Assembly (NCBI GenBank): GCA_035368605.1
Contig: DAOSLF010000010.1
Location: 766-64,765, forward strand
Length of the DNA stretch: 64,000 nt
From: Candidatus Omnitrophota bacterium
Lineage (GTDB): Bacteria; Omnitrophota; Omnitrophia; Omnitrophales; Aquincolibacteriaceae
Reading direction: 5' to 3'
The position numbers and the translations under genes were made by a program. Positions 59,991 to 64,000 of this stretch are shown here, one piece after another. The first letter of the stretch is position 1. Each line of letters opens with the position of its first letter. The notes under the pieces are model-generated. The model was given only the letters and a program-made list of their open reading frames with translations. It did no database searches and had not been told where the DNA came from.

Positions 59991-62183
59991 ATGAAACGGT
60001 ATCTCCCGATTCTCGTCGCTTGTTTGATCCTGTCAGGCGGCTCGATCAACAGCTTCTCTCAGCAAACCACGGCATCGCAAGCCGGTACGATCAGCGTTGA
60101 TTGCCTTTCGGTTCCTGAAGAAATCGGAAAGATCAAAGAACGCTTCAAAGGCAACACCGGACGGACGGTCATCCAGATCCAGGATGTCCATGCCCACACC
60201 GTTGCCCAGGAGAACATCGCGGCAATCCTTGAGCGTCTTCGCGCGGTGTTCAATGTTGATCGGGTTGCGCTGGAAGGCGCCTGGTCAACCACCGCGCTCT
60301 CCGCAAGTCAGGCTATCCCCTCCTCGCGCGACAAGCAGCTCCTGGCGCGGTCACTCCTTGAAGAGGATCTCATTTCGGGGCCTGTTTACGCCGCCGTCCT
60401 TTCTCCCGGGCCGATCACGCTGGCCGGGATCGAGGAAGAGGCCGCGTATGAAAAGAACCGGCAAATCTATCTCGACCATCAGGGCGCGATCCCTCTTATT
60501 AAAGAAAAGATCGCGGCGTACTTCGACCGGCTGAAGCACTCGCAAAAGACACTCTGGAACCCCGGCCTGTTCACTTTCGGAAATTCCCTGGCGGCCTTTC
60601 GGGAGCGCGGGGACGTCGCGACCTATCTCGCCTCCGCCATCAAGACCGCGGACGCCCATGCGACGGACCTCTCAGACCTGGCGCAGATCTCCCTGATCCG
60701 GGAGATCATCACCCTCGAAAATCAGGTCGATCGCAGTCGACTCAAAACGGAGATCGATCAGCTGATCCGGAAATACAAGAACACGCCTTACACGCTTGAA
60801 GAATTGATCCGCGGCGGGATGATTCCGGAAGAAACGACCGGTCTCTATCCCGAGGTCAAAAAGATACGGCATCTGACCGAACTCCGGGACAGGATTTCGA
60901 TCAGCGAATTCCAGCGGGAACTCGAGATCATGACCCGGCGGATCATGGAAACTCTTGCCGTGAACGACGATGAGTCGGCGCTTTGGGACAGGACCGGGAG
61001 GTTCTACCTGGGACAAAGCGTTCTGTCGCTTCAGGCAACGCCGGACATTCTCGATGCGTTCGAAAAAGAGCTCCCGGCAGCCAAAGAGGAATTCGCGGCC
61101 GCCGGGCTCGCGAAAGAACTGGATCGGGCCCTTGATTTCTATGCCACCGTTAAAGAAAGGGATTCGTTTTTCGCGAAAAAGATTCTCGAAGGTCCGCGCT
61201 TTCAGGGAACGGTCGCCGTCGTCACCGGAGGTTTTCACACGGATGGTCTTTCCCGCAAGCTGCGGGAGGCCGGCGTTTCCTTCATCACGATCGCGCCGGA
61301 ACTGGGGGACGGCAAAGTGAACGAGGAACTTTATGAAAAAAGAATGGCGGAAGACCTTCGGCAAGGTCCCGCTTTAAACAAGGTTCAGGATCAGGCACGA
61401 AGCAACGCGGACAGTCAGACCCTTTCCGAACTCCGGAACAGGCTTGAAATCGTCGATGAGCGGTTCCCGGTCAGTCTCGGTGTCCTTTCGGCCACCAAAA
61501 ACATCCTGAGCGCGGTCGCCGTCTATCAAGGCGAGTCGCCCGCCGCCCTGCAAAGCTCCGCCGCGGCACCCAACACCCCGGCAAGACCCCATCGTCAAGC
61601 CGCAGGGGTACCCGTCACACCACCGCTCTCTTTTTCGATCGAGCCGTTTATGAGAGCGGCGCGCGAGTCCCAATTGGCCGAGGTCCGCGCGTGGATGGAA
61701 CAGGTCGGGAAGGCGGATGCGCGGGCAATGCTGGTGGCGGAAGCGGACGCGATGAAAAGGCTTCTTGAGGATAAGGCGGGCGCCCGGGCTCTCAAACGGC
61801 TCCTGGACGAGGGCGATATTCTCGCTCTCGCGCAAAACATCCCCTCCCGGGACCTTCCCGAAGACCTTCTTTTCGCGCATGGCATCGAACGTTTTGAGAT
61901 CAAAAACGAGGACCCTTCCCTTGCGGATATCGAAGTCCTGCTTCAGGGAACACCGCGCTTCAAACGATTCGCCAGGAAATATCCGTTCGTGATCATGAAA
62001 AACGGTTATGAGAACCCGACATTCGTTGTGTTGCCGGAGTCCCCCGTCTCGCTGGTTCTGTACCGGCTGATCGCCCTGAACGCGGAACTCTGCAGGGCGG
62101 CGAAGAACGCTGAATTCCTGAAACTTCTGGAAGGTCTGACGGCGGAAATCCTGTCCCGGCAGGCTGCGGGGCAAGCGGCCTGA
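59991..62183 (+). CDS. 730-aa secreted/membrane-anchored paralog carrying only the shared N-terminal His-motif domain plus a 250-aa C-terminal extension
   Basis: Signal/TM segment. IQIQDVHAHTVAQENI near the N-terminus and VAVVTGGFHTDGLSRKLREAGVSFITIAP at aa 409-437. Both motifs are conserved in the two giant proteins. Confidence 0.7.
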   Translation: MKRYLPILVACLILSGGSINSFSQQTTASQAGTISVDCLSVPEEIGKIKERFKGNTGRTVIQIQDVHAHTVAQENIAAILERLRAVFNVDRVALEGAWSTTALSASQAIPSSRDKQLLARSLLEEDLISGPVYAAVLSPGPITLAGIEEEAAYEKNRQIYLDHQGAIPLIKEKIAAYFDRLKHSQKTLWNPGLFTFGNSLAAFRERGDVATYLASAIKTADAHATDLSDLAQISLIREIITLENQVDRSRLKTEIDQLIRKYKNTPYTLEELIRGGMIPEETTGLYPEVKKIRHLTELRDRISISEFQRELEIMTRRIMETLAVNDDESALWDRTGRFYLGQSVLSLQATPDILDAFEKELPAAKEEFAAAGLAKELDRALDFYATVKERDSFFAKKILEGPRFQGTVAVVTGGFHTDGLSRKLREAGVSFITIAPELGDGKVNEELYEKRMAEDLRQGPALNKVQDQARSNADSQTLSELRNRLEIVDERFPVSLGVLSATKNILSAVAVYQGESPAALQSSAAAPNTPARPHRQAAGVPVTPPLSFSIEPFMRAARESQLAEVRAWMEQVGKADARAMLVAEADAMKRLLEDKAGARALKRLLDEGDILALAQNIPSRDLPEDLLFAHGIERFEIKNEDPSLADIEVLLQGTPRFKRFARKYPFVIMKNGYENPTFVVLPESPVSLVLYRLIALNAELCRAAKNAEFLKLLEGLTAEILSRQAAGQAA

Positions 62184-62249
62184 TCTCCGGCCACAGAGGT
62201 ACACGCCACAAGACGAAAAGCTTTTCACGTAACATGCGGCTTGTGGCGA

Positions 62250-62690
62250 TTATGCTTTCTCGACTCTTTCTTTCCAGTTCAGAAGTGTCTGCTCGAAGCT
62301 CGTCTCGAGAATCTCAAAAACCTTCCGCTCACCGAGCAACATCCCCGCGATCCCGAGGTCCCATTTCGCGTTGACCTTCACTTCGACGCCGTCCGGCGTT
62401 CGGGAGAATTCCAAGGTGCGGTCCATCCATCCGTTCATGGGAAGCGATGTCTTGATGCGCGCACGCGACATCGGCTCCCACTCGATAAACTCATGTTCCA
62501 TTTCGATGTTCTGGTTCTTGAAAAGGGAACGCTCCCGCCAGCAAAGCCCCTTACCCTCCGAGACTTCCCCCGTCCGCTCGCTTTCCTGGACGCCATCGAC
62601 CCATTCGGGCGTGCGCCGCGTATCGGCCATGAGAGCCCAGACCTTTTCGAGCGAAGCGTTGATTAAAACAGATTTAATGAGCGAGTTCAT
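62250..62690 (-). CDS. SRPBCC-family (START/Bet v1-like) protein
   Basis: About 146 aa with SRPBCC-like hydrophobic pattern; weak assignment. Confidence 0.4.
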   Translation of the reverse strand: MNSLIKSVLINASLEKVWALMADTRRTPEWVDGVQESERTGEVSEGKGLCWRERSLFKNQNIEMEHEFIEWEPMSRARIKTSLPMNGWMDRTLEFSRTPDGVEVKVNAKWDLGIAGMLLGERKVFEILETSFEQTLLNWKERVEKA

Positions 62691-62774
62691 AGCCTCCGCC
62701 ACAAGGCCACAACGGCGCAAAACGCCACAAGACGGAAAATCTTTCGTGTGGTGCGCGGCGCACGGCTTCGTGTC

Positions 62775-63536
62775 CTATTTTAATTGTATCTCCACCGGCG
62801 CATGATCCGACCCCGCCACATCCTTCAGGATCGTCGCCGATTTTACTTTGGGCACAAGAGTTTCAGTCACAAAGTGATAATCGATCCGCCATCCGACATT
62901 CCGCTCCCGCGCCCCTGATTTCAGGTCCCACCACGAATAGTGCCCGGGTCCTTCATGAAACTTCCGGAAAACATCGATCTGTCCGTCCGCGACCCATTTG
63001 TCGAGCCAGGCCCGTTCAACCGGAAGGAATCCCGAAACGTCCTCATTCTCCTTCGGCCGCGCGAGATCGATTGGCTTATGCGCGGTATTGTAGTCACCGC
63101 AAACGATAATGTTGGGCTGTTTTTTCTTGAGCTTGCGGACGAACTCAAGCGTCTCTTCGTAAAAATCCATCTTGTACCGAAGCCGTTCGTCGCTTGCTTT
63201 CCCGTTGGGGAAATAAACCGTGAGGAACGCGAACTCCGGATATTCGGCCGTAATCACGCGGCCTTCGTCATCGAATCGCTTGATCCCGAACCCGTTCGTC
63301 ACCTTGAGCGGACGCTCACGCGTAAAAAGAGCGACGCCGCTGTACCCGGGCCGCACCGCGGAATTCCAGTAGGTGTGATAACCCTCGGGGTGCATGAGAA
63401 AGATGTCGAGCTGTTCGGGCTTCGCTTTCGTCTCCTGGACACCGAGAATGTCCGGCTTCTCCCGCCTGAGCCACTCGAGAAAACCTTTTTTCTGGACGGC
63501 CCGAATGCCGTTCACGTTCCAGGAAAGAATTTTCAT
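62775..63536 (-). CDS. xth: exodeoxyribonuclease III (AP endonuclease)
   Basis: MKILSWNVNGIRA N-terminus and C-terminal SDHAPV catalytic motif. Confidence 0.85.
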   Translation of the reverse strand: MKILSWNVNGIRAVQKKGFLEWLRREKPDILGVQETKAKPEQLDIFLMHPEGYHTYWNSAVRPGYSGVALFTRERPLKVTNGFGIKRFDDEGRVITAEYPEFAFLTVYFPNGKASDERLRYKMDFYEETLEFVRKLKKKQPNIIVCGDYNTAHKPIDLARPKENEDVSGFLPVERAWLDKWVADGQIDVFRKFHEGPGHYSWWDLKSGARERNVGWRIDYHFVTETLVPKVKSATILKDVAGSDHAPVEIQLK

Positions 63537-63542
63537 CGGACT

Positions 63543-63935
63543 TTATCTGGAAAGGAGTTCCTGCGCGCGCTCGGGCTGGTCGGTGCGAAGGACAAGGCAC
63601 CCGCCCTCCTGGCTCAAGGTCGCGGTGCAATAGGCGTAAAAAATATTGATGTCCGCCTCGGCAAGCGACTGGGCGATCCTGGCCAGCGCGCCGGCTTTAT
63701 TCTCAAGCTCGATCACGAGAACATCCTGCTCCGTCACATAGAACTCTTCCTGTTCCAGGAGAAGGATCGCCTTGGTCGGCTGGTCCACGATCAAGCGGAT
63801 CACGCCGCTATCCACAGTGTCATGGACCGCCATCGCCAGGATATTGACCCCCGCCCCGGAAAGGATGGCGCAGGTCCGTCCAAGAACCCCCGGACGGTTC
63901 GGAAGGAACACGGAAAGCTGCTTCTGGATCGGCAT
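63543..63935 (-). CDS. ACT-domain protein
   Basis: Two ACT-like beta-alpha-beta-beta-alpha-beta units (NRPGVLGR...GVNI). Confidence 0.55.
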   Translation of the reverse strand: MPIQKQLSVFLPNRPGVLGRTCAILSGAGVNILAMAVHDTVDSGVIRLIVDQPTKAILLLEQEEFYVTEQDVLVIELENKAGALARIAQSLAEADINIFYAYCTATLSQEGGCLVLRTDQPERAQELLSR

Positions 63936-64000
63936 AAGATTTTCTCCCTTAAGGCAAAAATACTAGCATGCATCCCGGGAAGGGGCAAATCCTTTACCCT

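Overview
This is a high-GC (about 60%) bacterial chromosomal segment. Most of it is housekeeping genes: a DEAD-box helicase, gpmA, a HemW-like radical SAM protein, sodB, folA-thyA, a GldA/F/G-type ABC transporter, a split transketolase, GGT, an M24 peptidase, MqnD (futalosine pathway) and exonuclease III.

Three things stand out.

1. Giant multidomain genes. There are two giant genes on the minus strand, of 3601 aa (17877..28682) and 4642 aa (45782..59710), plus a 730-aa paralog (59991..62183).
- All three open with a signal/TM segment and share a roughly 450-aa N-terminal domain with conserved His motifs that I could not assign to a family.
- The giants embed recognisable enzymatic modules: a PglC-like phosphoglycosyl transferase, a PP2C phosphatase, PEP-synthase/PPDK-type dikinase modules, a GT35-like alpha-glucan phosphorylase region and a REC-like+PilZ pair.
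- As far as I know, no described system has this architecture.

2. Ehr-type cluster. A six-gene group-4 hydrogenase-related 'Ehr-type' cluster follows the hyf gene order. Its catalytic subunit has lost the NiFe cysteine ligands. A gene encoding an HTH-PTS-EIIA fusion leads the cluster.

3. Repeats. A REP-associated tyrosine transposase (RAYT) is flanked by inverted 21-bp REP palindromes, and one REP copy sits in-frame inside the 3601-aa gene. A second GC-rich repeat family (TACGGAG/CGGAGTGCGG units) occurs in intergenic hairpins and in-frame inside coding sequences.

No rRNA, tRNA or CRISPR arrays were detected. Many long antisense ORFs are GC-composition artifacts.
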